DNA of 64,000 nt from Dehalococcoidia bacterium (GCA_965261925.1 OZ253486.1:2520623-2584622); one strand, 5' to 3'. Counted from the first letter of the stretch, positions 46,019 through 55,251 are shown. Made by a program: numbers and translations. The notes: generated by a model not told the origin, from the letters alone.

Positions 46019-47107
46019 TTAGCCTACCCACTGGATTCTCGCTTTGAACTGGTTCAAGGCTGACCATGGCACCAATTTTTCATGCTGTAAACGGCCAACC
46101 ACGATAGCGGGAGCTATTCGCTGCTGAGACGCGAAGTTGTGAACGTCTGATCCAGTGAATCGGTCGCGCGCAACAAACTGGTCCCAATCTTGACGAGGGA
46201 TCAGAAGATTAGACGCCCATTCATTTGCTTCAGCGTCGAGCCCGGTTATTTGACCCTTGTCATCATCGATGATGATCTCTCCGGAATCCTCGCTATGCAG
46301 CAGGATGTGCGCTGCTTCATGAAAGAGCGTAAACCACAAATGGTCGTTGCTCCGATACCGGCCGCTCAATTGAATAACCGGTTTCGTTGGGGTCAGCCAC
46401 CAAGCAGCCCCGCTAAGGGCGGTCTGCGACATAGGCTTGAGGAGTGATAGCGCGACACCTGAGTTATTGCATAGATCCTGCGCTCGTTCAAAAGCGGGCC
46501 CGGTTTCCCCACTGGTGAGTTCACGGATTTGTTCCAAGGCGTCGCGGAATTGCGATTGATCGTAATCGGGGCGTTTTGGCCATTGGGCTTCGATGGCACC
46601 CACGCGCAGCCACGTTGCCAGTGCGAATTCGTCGCTCCTGAAAGTCGGAGAATGCCGATAAGCTACGTTGGCCGAGCCGTACACAGCGTCCCATTCCGCG
46701 ACAGAATCAACGTCAAAGAATGACAGTAGTTTGAACACTGCATCGGCTTCGGATTCAGGTTGGTCAATTTGGTCTCGGTGAACTAATTCGGAGACCGGAA
46801 ATTGACCGGCCCAAGTCCCAGATCCAGGTCGATTACTGGCTGCAAGTCGCTTCTGGTACTGTTGATACTTGCGCTCGATACCTAGCCACGCCTGAGTTGG
46901 CAGCCCTATCTCACGCTCGAATTTTTCCGCAATGTCAAGGTTCATCGCGGCCGCGCCATTCAGGATGCCGTCGAGGTCAGATTCAGTCATGTCGCAACGT
47001 ACGGCGAATGTTGCGGGTGAAATTCCGCGATCTCGGAGGCGCTCCTCGAGGATTTGTCCAGGTGGAACGCCGTAGTCTGGCAGGAATTGCTTTACAGATG
47101 ACGGCAT
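46019..47107 (-). CDS. HigA-type HTH antitoxin fused to an ImmA/IrrE (COG2856) zinc metallopeptidase
   Basis: N-terminal XRE/HigA HTH region (..ISPATFAVRCDMTESDLDGILNG..). C-terminal HEXXH (LFHEAAHILLH). RBS AGGGGG. Sits 10 nt after the higB stop. Confidence 0.7.
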   Translation of the reverse strand: MPSSVKQFLPDYGVPPGQILEERLRDRGISPATFAVRCDMTESDLDGILNGAAAMNLDIAEKFEREIGLPTQAWLGIERKYQQYQKRLAASNRPGSGTWAGQFPVSELVHRDQIDQPESEADAVFKLLSFFDVDSVAEWDAVYGSANVAYRHSPTFRSDEFALATWLRVGAIEAQWPKRPDYDQSQFRDALEQIRELTSGETGPAFERAQDLCNNSGVALSLLKPMSQTALSGAAWWLTPTKPVIQLSGRYRSNDHLWFTLFHEAAHILLHSEDSGEIIIDDDKGQITGLDAEANEWASNLLIPRQDWDQFVARDRFTGSDVHNFASQQRIAPAIVVGRLQHEKLVPWSALNQFKARIQWVG

Positions 47108-47117
47108 GGCGCACCCC

Positions 47118-47453
47118 CTAATGATAGTCGATTACTTCAATGATGGTGACGGCGGTAACTCGAGAAATGTCAACTCCACCCGCCGCATGCATAGGCATGG
47201 GGTCATGGTTTGGTTCGAATATCAATCGATAAGGTTGTACGAGGTCTACGGTATACTGGCCTTGGCGGTTTTGGCCAAGCGCGTGACATCGTTCCGGTGG
47301 ACCAGCAGGTACTTGCGCCAGTGATTCGACATGCTCCAGAACCGACAGCCTGTTTCCGACGGCTCGTGCAATCCGATCTCCAAATTCACGAATTAGTGAT
47401 TTTTCTGAGCTGAATGTTTTTGCAAGCCGCCGATTGCTAAACCCAATTTCCAC
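47118..47453 (-). CDS. higB: HigB-like (plasmid maintenance killer, RelE/ParE superfamily) toxin
   Basis: GTG start. ...NRRLAKTF..., ...RCHALGQNRQGQYTVDL.QPYRLIFEP... and the family-typical C-terminus ...IIEVIDYH. Confidence 0.65.
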   Translation of the reverse strand: MEIGFSNRRLAKTFSSEKSLIREFGDRIARAVGNRLSVLEHVESLAQVPAGPPERCHALGQNRQGQYTVDLVQPYRLIFEPNHDPMPMHAAGGVDISRVTAVTIIEVIDYH

Positions 47454-47476
47454 ACAAAAATCCTTGTTTAGGTACT

Positions 47477-48250
47477 TTATTTTAGCATCGTTAGCGCTTC
47501 ATTAAGGTAGGCGATTGCGGCGCGTGCGTTGAGCTGGTCGTCGGCGTCCCGGAGGCGGCCCTCGGCGTCAATGCTGACGTGGGACCATTGGGGCAGCAGA
47601 GGGGAGAGCAGTTCCGCCATATTGCCGGCGTGGAGGCCGCCGGCCACCACCAGGCCCAACTCCGGAGCGGCGGATCGGATGGCCTCCAGGTAGTTGGCGG
47701 AGCGGGCGGCGTCCAGCGGCAGGCCAAGACCCTCGGAGGCGTCCACCAGCACGTCGGTTACCAGGCCGGAATATTCGGCACAGCGACGGGCGAGTTCGTC
47801 CGGTTGGTGGTTGGCGGATTCCATCGCCTCGCGTCCCGCCTGGAAGACGATTCGGGACGGGTGGCAACGCTCGCGATATGTTGCCAGGGCGGCAGGGTCA
47901 GGCCAGGGAGCGCCACGGGTGGCGTTGATCTGAACCCCGTGGCAGTTTGGGCCGCCTACTTCGGTGGCGTGAGTCAGCGCGTCCGCCAGGTCGGCGCCGG
48001 GCTGCGGGCGGTAGTGGACAAGGTTCACGCAGCGCGAATCGTTGGAGAAGATGGCCGCGATACCGTCGGGCGACGGGCAGCGGTTGGGAGCGTCACTGGG
48101 ATCGCCGGACAACAGGGCGTTGCTCAGCAGAACGCCGCACATGAGCAGACGGCTGGGTTCTGCCGGGAGGGTTTCCAGTACGGATTCCACTTCACTCTGG
48201 GAGCAGAAGCCGGTGATGCCGATGTAGGGCACTATTTTGGCGATTGTCAC
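47477..48250 (-). CDS. TrpF-like (phosphoribosylanthranilate isomerase family) TIM-barrel protein
   Basis: IGITG..., CHGVQIN, LVDASEGLG, VVAGGLHAGNM, VSIDAEGRLR line up with the PRAI motif order. Start set at GTG 48250 because the listed N-terminus runs through the interspersed repeat. Confidence 0.4.
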   Translation of the reverse strand: MTIAKIVPYIGITGFCSQSEVESVLETLPAEPSRLLMCGVLLSNALLSGDPSDAPNRCPSPDGIAAIFSNDSRCVNLVHYRPQPGADLADALTHATEVGGPNCHGVQINATRGAPWPDPAALATYRERCHPSRIVFQAGREAMESANHQPDELARRCAEYSGLVTDVLVDASEGLGLPLDAARSANYLEAIRSAAPELGLVVAGGLHAGNMAELLSPLLPQWSHVSIDAEGRLRDADDQLNARAAIAYLNEALTMLK

Positions 48251-48356
48251 GCTGTGCTCGGGTTCAAGCAGGGTGATGCGATTATCGTCCTCGGGGATGA
48301 AAAAGCGCGGAAGTAACGGAGCGATGGAATCGCTTTTGGCGAGTGGCCGTGCTGTG

Positions 48357-48420
48357 GGGACGAGATTGCCACGCTGCGCTCGCAATGACAATCAGGGAAA
48401 TCGAGGCAATGACATTCTGG
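48357..48420 (+). repeat. Interspersed structured repeat, copy f (core plus one tail repeat)
   Basis: ggggacGAGATTGCCACGCTGCGCTCGCAATGACAATCAGGG, then gaggCAATGACATTCTGG. Confidence 0.85.
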
Positions 48421-48454
48421 AAAACCGAATGACCCTGCGGGTTGAAGGGTGTGG

Positions 48455-50089
48455 CTAGACGCCAAGGCCCAGGGTTTCGGCGGCCATCTGGCGGAGCAGG
48501 TATTTTTGGACCTTGCCGCTGGAGGTCATGGGGTAGTCGTCCATCAGGACCAGATGGCGGGGTATTTTGAAGCTGGCCATTTTCCCGCGGCAGAAATCGC
48601 CAAGGTCGGCGTCGGTGATGGCCTGGCCCGGCTCGACGACCACACAGGCGCAGGCGACCTCGGTGAGGCGCGGGTCCGGGACGCCGATCACCTGCACCTT
48701 GTTGACCGCGGGGTGCTCGAGGAGGAACGCCTCGACCTCGGTGGGGTCGACGTTTTCGCCGCCGACCTTGAGTACGTCCTTGTAGCGGCCCATGAAACGG
48801 ATGCTGCCGTCGTCGCGCATGGTGGCGACGTCGCCGGTGTGGAACCAGCCGTCGCCGTCGATGGCTTCCGCCGTGGCCTCGGGTCGCTTGTAGTAGCCCT
48901 GCATGAGGGCGTAGCCGCGGACGCAGAGCTCGCCGATGGTCGATGGCGGCTGCATTGCGCCGGTTTCGGGGTCGATCACCTTGAACTCGTAGCCGGGCAG
49001 GGCGTGGCCGCTTTCGACGCAACGGTCGTCCTCGGGGGCGTCGAGGAAGGAACGGGTGGCCCCGACGCCGACCTCGGTCATGCCCCACGCCGACAGGGAG
49101 GGGCACAGTTTCTCCTGGGTCAGGCGCGCGGTGGGTTCGCTGGAGGCCATGCCCACGGCCAGCAAGATGGTGCGGAGGCTGCTCCGGTCGATGTGGTCCA
49201 CATCGGGATGGTGGGTGAGGTCGAAGAAGTGGGTGTCGAAGCCGTTCATCACCGTGGCCCGCTCCGATTCCAGCAGGGACAGGACTTCTCCGGCATCAAA
49301 TATGGTGGTCAGCACGATGCGGGCGCCGGTGACCCACGACATCAGCGGGCCCTCGTAGAGCCCGAAGCAGTGGAACAGGGGTAGATACATCAGGATAACG
49401 TCGCGGGGGGACACGGCCATGCGGTTCGCGGCGTCCGTGATGGTGCGGATGGGGTTGTGGCAGTGCATCACGCCCTTGGGGAAGCCGGTGGTGCCTGAGG
49501 TGTACATCAGGAGGAAGGTGTCGTCGGGACTGACGGCGGCTTCGCGTTGGGCCAGTTCTTCGGCCTTCACCTCGTCGGCGCCGGCCAGCATGGCATCCCA
49601 GGCGATGGAGCCGGCCGGGCGGTCTGCGCCGAGGACGACGACGTTGCGCAGCGCGGGGAAGGCGGGTGGGTGGAGTTCCGCAGCGTTGCCGGTGTCAACC
49701 TCGGGAGCGACCTCGCGCAGCATGTCGAGGAAGCTGACCGGACCGGAGCGGTCCATGAGGATCAGGGTGGTGGAATCCGAATGCTTGACCAGGTACTCCA
49801 TGTCGGTGGTACGGAACCGGGTGTTGATGGGAACGAGGACGGCGCCGATCTTGGCGACAGCGCCAAACAGGAACAGCCATTCCGCGCGGTTGGGCATCCA
49901 CAAGGACACCTTGTCGCCCGGTTGCACCCCGAGGTTGATGAGCGCGCGGGCCACGCGGTCGACCTCGGCGCGAAACTCGGAGAAGCTCCAGCGACGCCCC
50001 TGGTACATCAAGGCCTCGCGGGGTCCGAAGCGGTCGGTGGCCTGGTTGAGCAGGTCGCCTATGGTCTGCTTGGGAAACCAGTCGGACAT
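48455..50089 (-). CDS. AMP-dependent acyl-CoA synthetase/ligase
   Basis: LMYTSGTTGFPKGV AMP-binding motif, ...GWFHTGD..., ...SSGKVQK. GGAGG RBS 9 nt before ATG 50089. Confidence 0.9.
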   Translation of the reverse strand: MSDWFPKQTIGDLLNQATDRFGPREALMYQGRRWSFSEFRAEVDRVARALINLGVQPGDKVSLWMPNRAEWLFLFGAVAKIGAVLVPINTRFRTTDMEYLVKHSDSTTLILMDRSGPVSFLDMLREVAPEVDTGNAAELHPPAFPALRNVVVLGADRPAGSIAWDAMLAGADEVKAEELAQREAAVSPDDTFLLMYTSGTTGFPKGVMHCHNPIRTITDAANRMAVSPRDVILMYLPLFHCFGLYEGPLMSWVTGARIVLTTIFDAGEVLSLLESERATVMNGFDTHFFDLTHHPDVDHIDRSSLRTILLAVGMASSEPTARLTQEKLCPSLSAWGMTEVGVGATRSFLDAPEDDRCVESGHALPGYEFKVIDPETGAMQPPSTIGELCVRGYALMQGYYKRPEATAEAIDGDGWFHTGDVATMRDDGSIRFMGRYKDVLKVGGENVDPTEVEAFLLEHPAVNKVQVIGVPDPRLTEVACACVVVEPGQAITDADLGDFCRGKMASFKIPRHLVLMDDYPMTSSGKVQKYLLRQMAAETLGLGV

Positions 50090-50153
50090 GGGTGCAAGCC
50101 TCCGGTGGTCATTTGCATGGCGGTGGCGGACCGGCGGATGTGTTGCCACGGGC

Positions 50154-51227
50154 CTATGGCAGGGCCTTCAGCTCCGGCATCACTGCGTTGGCGAAGAGGC
50201 GCATGCTGGCTTCGGCGGCAGCGTAGGGCATGGCGGCGTAGCTGAATGCGCCGACGTAGGTGTCATGGGCGGTGCGGTCACGGATCTGCAGAATTTTCTC
50301 GTAGCATTGTTCCGGCGTGCCCCAAACCTGCAGGTTGACGAAGAAGTCCACGACCTCGTCGTCGCCATAGTCGAACATCTTCTCGGCGACCTTGCCGTAG
50401 TATTCGTAGCCCTTGATGTCCTTGTGGTGGTCGGCCTTGAACTGGTAGTGGTCCATCACCGTGTGCCAGTAGCCGCCGATGTACCGGCGGGCCATGTCGC
50501 GGGCGTAATCGGCGTCCTCGTGGCAGAAGGTCCAGCAGGCGACCACCGGGGCCGGCGGGCCGGCGGAACCGGCGCCGTGGCTTTCGAGCCAGGCGTTGCG
50601 GTAGTTGGAAAGGTCGCCTTCCACCTCGTCCCAGGGCTTTTGGGGGATCACCAGCATGCCGACGCCGAGCTGGGCCATGATGCGGCTGCTTTCGGGCGAG
50701 ATAGCGGCGGCGTAGGCGCGGTCTTTGAAACTGCGGAACGGGTTGGGCCGGATCTCCCGCCGTGGTTGCTTGATGTATTCGCCGTCGAACTCGCAGAACC
50801 CGCTTTCCAGGCCGGCCAGAAGGCACTCGGCGGACTCGATGAAGCGAGTGCGGGATTCGTTCATGTCGACGCGAAAACCGTCGTACTCGATCTTGGCCAG
50901 GCCGCGGCCCATGCCGAGGATGAACCGGCCGTCGCTGAGGTTGTCGAGCATGGAGACCTGCTCGGCGACGCGCACCGGGTCGTGCCAGGGCAGGACGCAG
51001 ACCATGCTTCCCAGCTGCATATCGGAGGTGCGACCGGCCATGTAGGTGAGGAACTGGAGCACGTCGGGGCACATGGTGTAGTCGGTGAAGTGATGCTCCA
51101 CGCCCCAGATGGACTCGAAACCCAACGGCTCAGCCAAGTCGGCCAGACGGAGTTCCTGCCGATATACATCGTAATCGGTGGTGAACTTGCCTGGGTTCTG
51201 GAAGATGGTTGCGGCGCCTACGTGCAT
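50154..51227 (-). CDS. LLM-class flavin-dependent monooxygenase/oxidoreductase
   Basis: ...LGFESIWGVEHHF...GRFILGMGRG..., bacterial luciferase family pattern. Confidence 0.85.
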   Translation of the reverse strand: MHVGAATIFQNPGKFTTDYDVYRQELRLADLAEPLGFESIWGVEHHFTDYTMCPDVLQFLTYMAGRTSDMQLGSMVCVLPWHDPVRVAEQVSMLDNLSDGRFILGMGRGLAKIEYDGFRVDMNESRTRFIESAECLLAGLESGFCEFDGEYIKQPRREIRPNPFRSFKDRAYAAAISPESSRIMAQLGVGMLVIPQKPWDEVEGDLSNYRNAWLESHGAGSAGPPAPVVACWTFCHEDADYARDMARRYIGGYWHTVMDHYQFKADHHKDIKGYEYYGKVAEKMFDYGDDEVVDFFVNLQVWGTPEQCYEKILQIRDRTAHDTYVGAFSYAAMPYAAAEASMRLFANAVMPELKALP

Positions 51228-51273
51228 GATCGCCCCTTTGGTTCGCGGGATAATTTCGGCACTGGTGGTGCTA

Positions 51274-52329
51274 TTACGAGGCCCGCACTTTGTCGGGAGC
51301 GCAGGCCTGCATGACTGCCTGGGTCGAGGCGATCTCGGGCCGCGCGGAGATCACGCGAACCAGGGCGACATCCAGGCCCTGGGCCAGCTTGGCGAAGGCG
51401 GCGGCGGCGCCGTCGGGCTTGCCGTAATAGCCGACGGCCAGGAGGGCGTCGGATGGATAGGCGTCGGCCACCTCGTCCATATCGCCGCCCCGCGTGCGGA
51501 TGGCGTCGGCGCCGGACAGTTCTTCGGTGTAGCCCATCCGCTCGAAGTGGGCCCGGTAGCCGAATTGGCGCTCCCGGGTCGTGGGAACCGCGGCGCCCAA
51601 CGGGTAGCCCAGGCAGTTCTTGGCGAAGGCGCGGCGGGCCACGTCCTCGTCGTCGTCGACGCAGATGCGGATGTATTCCACGACCTTGACCTCGGATGGG
51701 TCACGCCCGACGCGGTCCGCTCCCTCGGCGATGCGCTCCCGGCTCCAGGCGATCTGGTCGGGCGTGCACCAGTTCAGGCACACGCCGTCGGCAACTTCAC
51801 CGGCGAGCCGCAGCATCTCGGGACCCAGGGTGCCGAGATAGACGGGGGTGTCGGGAGCGGGCCGGATGGCCAGGCGGATGTTGTTGTAGTTGATGTGTTC
51901 TCCCTGGTAGTTGACGCGTTCGCCGCGCACCAGGCCGCGAATGGTGGTCAGGTAGTCGCGCATCAGGTTGAGGGCAGACACGCGAGGGAAACCGAGGTCG
52001 CGGCGGTTGGCCGGGCGATAGGCGCCGCCGGCGCCGACTCCGAGGATGAACTTACCGCCGGTCTGTTGGCTCATGGTGCCGCCTGACATCGCGAAGCCGA
52101 TGGGCGTGCGGTACATGACGGGAGAAACGCCGATGCCGGTGGTCAGCCCGCCCGCGACGACGTCGCAACTGGCCTGCCAGCGGCGGGCGCACACCTGGAA
52201 CGAATCGGTGCCGATGTTTTCGGGTGTCCAGATGCTCTCGTAGCCCAGTTCAGCGGCCTCGCGGGCCAAGTTGGCCTGATCGTCCCAATTCATGCCCAGG
52301 GTGTGGTCCAGTCCGACGCCGATTTCCAT
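51274..52329 (-). CDS. LLM-class F420-dependent oxidoreductase
   Basis: MEIGVGLDH...AAELGYESIWTPEN... GGAGG RBS 8 nt before ATG 52329. Confidence 0.85.
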   Translation of the reverse strand: MEIGVGLDHTLGMNWDDQANLAREAAELGYESIWTPENIGTDSFQVCARRWQASCDVVAGGLTTGIGVSPVMYRTPIGFAMSGGTMSQQTGGKFILGVGAGGAYRPANRRDLGFPRVSALNLMRDYLTTIRGLVRGERVNYQGEHINYNNIRLAIRPAPDTPVYLGTLGPEMLRLAGEVADGVCLNWCTPDQIAWSRERIAEGADRVGRDPSEVKVVEYIRICVDDDEDVARRAFAKNCLGYPLGAAVPTTRERQFGYRAHFERMGYTEELSGADAIRTRGGDMDEVADAYPSDALLAVGYYGKPDGAAAAFAKLAQGLDVALVRVISARPEIASTQAVMQACAPDKVRAS

Positions 52330-52388
52330 TGAATGTGCCTCCGATAGTCGCGCGAATAAACAGCAGAATTCTACCACGGGAACACTGG

Positions 52389-53820
52389 GTAACTGTTCAG
52401 AGTTGGTGAGGCGAATTGGCGGAACTTGGTGTGCGGGTGGCTGGCTTTGGGGGCGGTGGTTATGTCATATAACTGGGATGGATACCGAAATCGATCTCAG
52501 GACTGCCGACCGGGATGTTCTGATTGGCATCATCGTCCGACAGCAGGCCATCATTGAGCGGCTGGAGAAATGCATTGCCCAGTTGGAAGGGCAAGCCAAA
52601 CCCAAAGGCTCCCGCCGGATGCCCGGTCTGAAACCCAAAGCAGACCGGGAGCCAGCACGTCCCAAGGAACCTCGCAAACCCCGACCTCACGGCTTTGCCC
52701 GAGCCCGCATGACGCCCACCCACCGCGTGGAGCATGTGGTGGAGCAGTGTCCCGACTGCGGGACCCAGTTGTCTGGGGGTTGGGCCCAGCGCACTCGGGA
52801 GGTGATCGACCTGCCGCAGGTTCCGGCGCAGGTAACCGAGCACGTTTACCTGACCCGCACTTGTCCCCGCTGCCGACGCTGCTGTGTTCCCAAAGCGCAA
52901 CTGGACGGCGTGGTGATGGGCAAGCAGCGCCTGGGGATCAACGTCATCAGCCTGATTGCGGTCCTGCGGGAGGAAGCCAGGCTGCCGTTGCGCACCATCC
53001 AGTGGCACCTGGATACCGTGCATGGGCTGCAACTCAGCCTGGGGGCCATCGTGGCGGCCACACAGCAAGTGGCTGGCAAGGCCCAACGGGTGGTGGCGGA
53101 CATCCTGGAACAGGTCCGAGGCAGTCCGGTGGTCCACGCCGATGAGACGGGTTGGCGACAGGATGGACACAACGGCTACGTGTGGACTTTCAGCACCCCC
53201 AACCTGCGGTACTTCCTGCGACGGAACCGGGGCAAGGCGGTAGTGGACGAGGTTTTGGGCGACGATTTCGCCGGTGTGCTGGTCAGCGACTTTTACGCCG
53301 CCTACCACCACTATGCGGGTCCCAAACAACGCTGCTGGGCCCACCTGCTGCGGGACATCCACGACCTGCGATCACTCTACCCAGATGATGGATCGCTGTC
53401 CCAGTGGGCTGACGCCGTCCACCAACTCTACCGTCAGGCCACGGTCTTTACCCACCCCGCAGAGCAACAACGCCGCACCGCCAAAATGGCCCTGGAAAGA
53501 CGATTGCTGGTCCTCTGCCGGCCCTACCTGGATGACCCGTCAGCCGCCCAAGCCAGGCTGTGCCGACGCATGGAGAAACACATCAAAGAACTCTTCGTCT
53601 TCGTGGCCGAACCGGAGGTGCCGCCGGACAACAACGCCGCCGAGCGCAGCCTGCGCCATCTGGTGGTCAGCCGCAAGGTCAGTGGGGGCACCCGCTCGGA
53701 CCGGGGTACTGCCACCAAGATGACGCTGGCGTCAATCTTCGGCACCTGGCGGGCACAAGGTCTCAACACCCTCAACGCCTGCCGTCAACTACTCGCTTCC
53801 CCTCAAGTCTGAACAGTTAC
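52389..53820 (+). mobile_element. IS66-family insertion sequence (single-ORF, ISBst12-like), 1432 bp
   Basis: Imperfect terminal inverted repeats GTAACTGTTCAGAGTTGGTGAGG / (rc) GTAACTGTTCAGACTTGAGGGG start with GTAA. Perfect 8-bp direct repeat AACACTGG at 52381-52388 and 53821-53828. Confidence 0.85.
52478..53812 (+). CDS. IS66-family transposase
   Basis: Zn-finger CPDCG...CPRC, HADETGW, CWAHLLRD, DNNAAERSLR, SGGTRS. Start taken at ATG 52478 (MDTEIDL...). Confidence 0.9.
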   Translation: MDTEIDLRTADRDVLIGIIVRQQAIIERLEKCIAQLEGQAKPKGSRRMPGLKPKADREPARPKEPRKPRPHGFARARMTPTHRVEHVVEQCPDCGTQLSGGWAQRTREVIDLPQVPAQVTEHVYLTRTCPRCRRCCVPKAQLDGVVMGKQRLGINVISLIAVLREEARLPLRTIQWHLDTVHGLQLSLGAIVAATQQVAGKAQRVVADILEQVRGSPVVHADETGWRQDGHNGYVWTFSTPNLRYFLRRNRGKAVVDEVLGDDFAGVLVSDFYAAYHHYAGPKQRCWAHLLRDIHDLRSLYPDDGSLSQWADAVHQLYRQATVFTHPAEQQRRTAKMALERRLLVLCRPYLDDPSAAQARLCRRMEKHIKELFVFVAEPEVPPDNNAAERSLRHLVVSRKVSGGTRSDRGTATKMTLASIFGTWRAQGLNTLNACRQLLASPQV

Positions 53821-53941
53821 AACACTGGGGTTCGGCCTCACGCGCTGGGTAGGCCTTCAGGGATCCGAAAGGATCGCCCACCTTGGGTCAACGAGGCCCG
53901 GTGCTATAATCGGCGGCGGTCTGCGAGGGAGGGTCTAGGAC

Positions 53942-55204
53942 TTGGCCACACTTCTGGGCGCCCGGGCGAGCGAGACCTTCGGCTCGTTCCGGCGGCGCGA
54001 CTTTTCGCTGGTCTGGGTGTCCGCCAACATCGCCATGGCCGGCCGGCAGATGGAGATCATCGCCGTACTCTGGTTGGTGCTGGAGTTGACCGGCGACGCC
54101 CTGCTGGTCGGCCTGGCTGGCGGGTCGGCTCTCGGTTTGGCGTTTCTTTCCGTCTTCGCCGGCGCGGTGGTGGACAGGATGCCGCGCCGGCTGCTCATGG
54201 CGGCGGGTCATTTCATCGCGGCGGCATTGGCATTCCTGCTGATGGCGCTCCTGCTGATGGATGCGCTGAAGGTCTGGATGATCTTCGCAATCATCCTGGG
54301 CGGCGGTGCGTTCCGGACCATCGAGCTCCCGGTGACGAATGCCCTGCTGATTGATACGGTGCCCCGCGAGCGACTCACCAACGCGGTGGCCATGCTGGGT
54401 TTCGGCCAGAATCTGACGCAGTTTGTGGGGCCCATTGCCGGGGGGTTCCTGTACACCCCGCTGACTCCTGCGGGACTGTTCGGCTTCATCGGCGCGATGT
54501 ATGTGATCGGCGGTTTTCTGGCCCTGACAGTACGGACCCGGAATGCGACCGCGGGCCACACCACGCCTCGCCAGATAATCGTCGGCGTGGCCGAAGGCAT
54601 GCGTCATGTCTGGCAGCGCAAGGAACTGTTCATGGCGCTGTTGATTGCCGCGATGTACAACGTCACCGGCTTTCCGTTCTCCACCGCCCTGATGCCGATC
54701 TTTGCCAAGGACACCCTGATGGGTGGCCCGGAGGTGCTTGGCCTGCTCAACGGAGCGATGGGCGCGGGCGCGGTAATCGGCGCGTTGGTGGTGGCCGGCC
54801 TGGGCGATCTCCGTCGGCAGGGTTGGTGGCTGGTTTGGGCGGTCAACGGCGGATGGCACGGCTCGATGATGCTGTTCGCGGTCGCCGTGATGACGCTGCC
54901 GAGTTTACTGCCGTTTACAGCAGTACTGGTGGTGGCCCTGGCGATCAAGGTGCTGACAGGAATAGGGCGTTCCGTGTCGTTGGTGCTGGTGATGACGCTG
55001 CTGATGGGCAACTCCGATCCGGAGTTTCGGGGCCGTATGGGCGGGATGCGCGTGTTGTCAATCCAGGCACATTTCCCGGCCAGTGCACTGAATGGATGGA
55101 TGGTGACGCAGATCGGAGCGCCGTTGACGGCGCTGTACCTGGGGATCGCCGGATCGGTGGCGGTGTTCTTTTGCCTGTTTTCCCGGCGGCTGCGGGAAGC
55201 GTAG
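53942..55204 (+). CDS. MFS transporter
   Basis: About 12 TM segments. The N-terminal ...FRRRDFSLVWVSANIAMAG... pattern resembles MFS efflux/enterobactin-exporter-like proteins. Confidence 0.75.
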   Translation: MATLLGARASETFGSFRRRDFSLVWVSANIAMAGRQMEIIAVLWLVLELTGDALLVGLAGGSALGLAFLSVFAGAVVDRMPRRLLMAAGHFIAAALAFLLMALLLMDALKVWMIFAIILGGGAFRTIELPVTNALLIDTVPRERLTNAVAMLGFGQNLTQFVGPIAGGFLYTPLTPAGLFGFIGAMYVIGGFLALTVRTRNATAGHTTPRQIIVGVAEGMRHVWQRKELFMALLIAAMYNVTGFPFSTALMPIFAKDTLMGGPEVLGLLNGAMGAGAVIGALVVAGLGDLRRQGWWLVWAVNGGWHGSMMLFAVAVMTLPSLLPFTAVLVVALAIKVLTGIGRSVSLVLVMTLLMGNSDPEFRGRMGGMRVLSIQAHFPASALNGWMVTQIGAPLTALYLGIAGSVAVFFCLFSRRLREA

Positions 55205-55221
55205 GCCGGGACGCGGCGCGA

Positions 55222-55251
55222 TTGACCATACCGAGAGAAGAGCAATAGAAT
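55222..55251 (+). promoter_or_regulatory. Sigma70-type promoter for the DUF262-HEPN pair
   Basis: TTGACC (55222-55227), 18-nt spacer, TAGAAT (55246-55251). About 36 nt upstream of ATG 55288, which has a GAGAGGGG RBS. Confidence 0.5.

Noticed and set aside
49419-51314. 631-aa plus-strand ORF opposite the acyl-CoA synthetase and LLM genes
   Set aside because: Same antisense, low-complexity signature. The minus-strand genes carry AMP-binding and LLM motifs and good RBSs.
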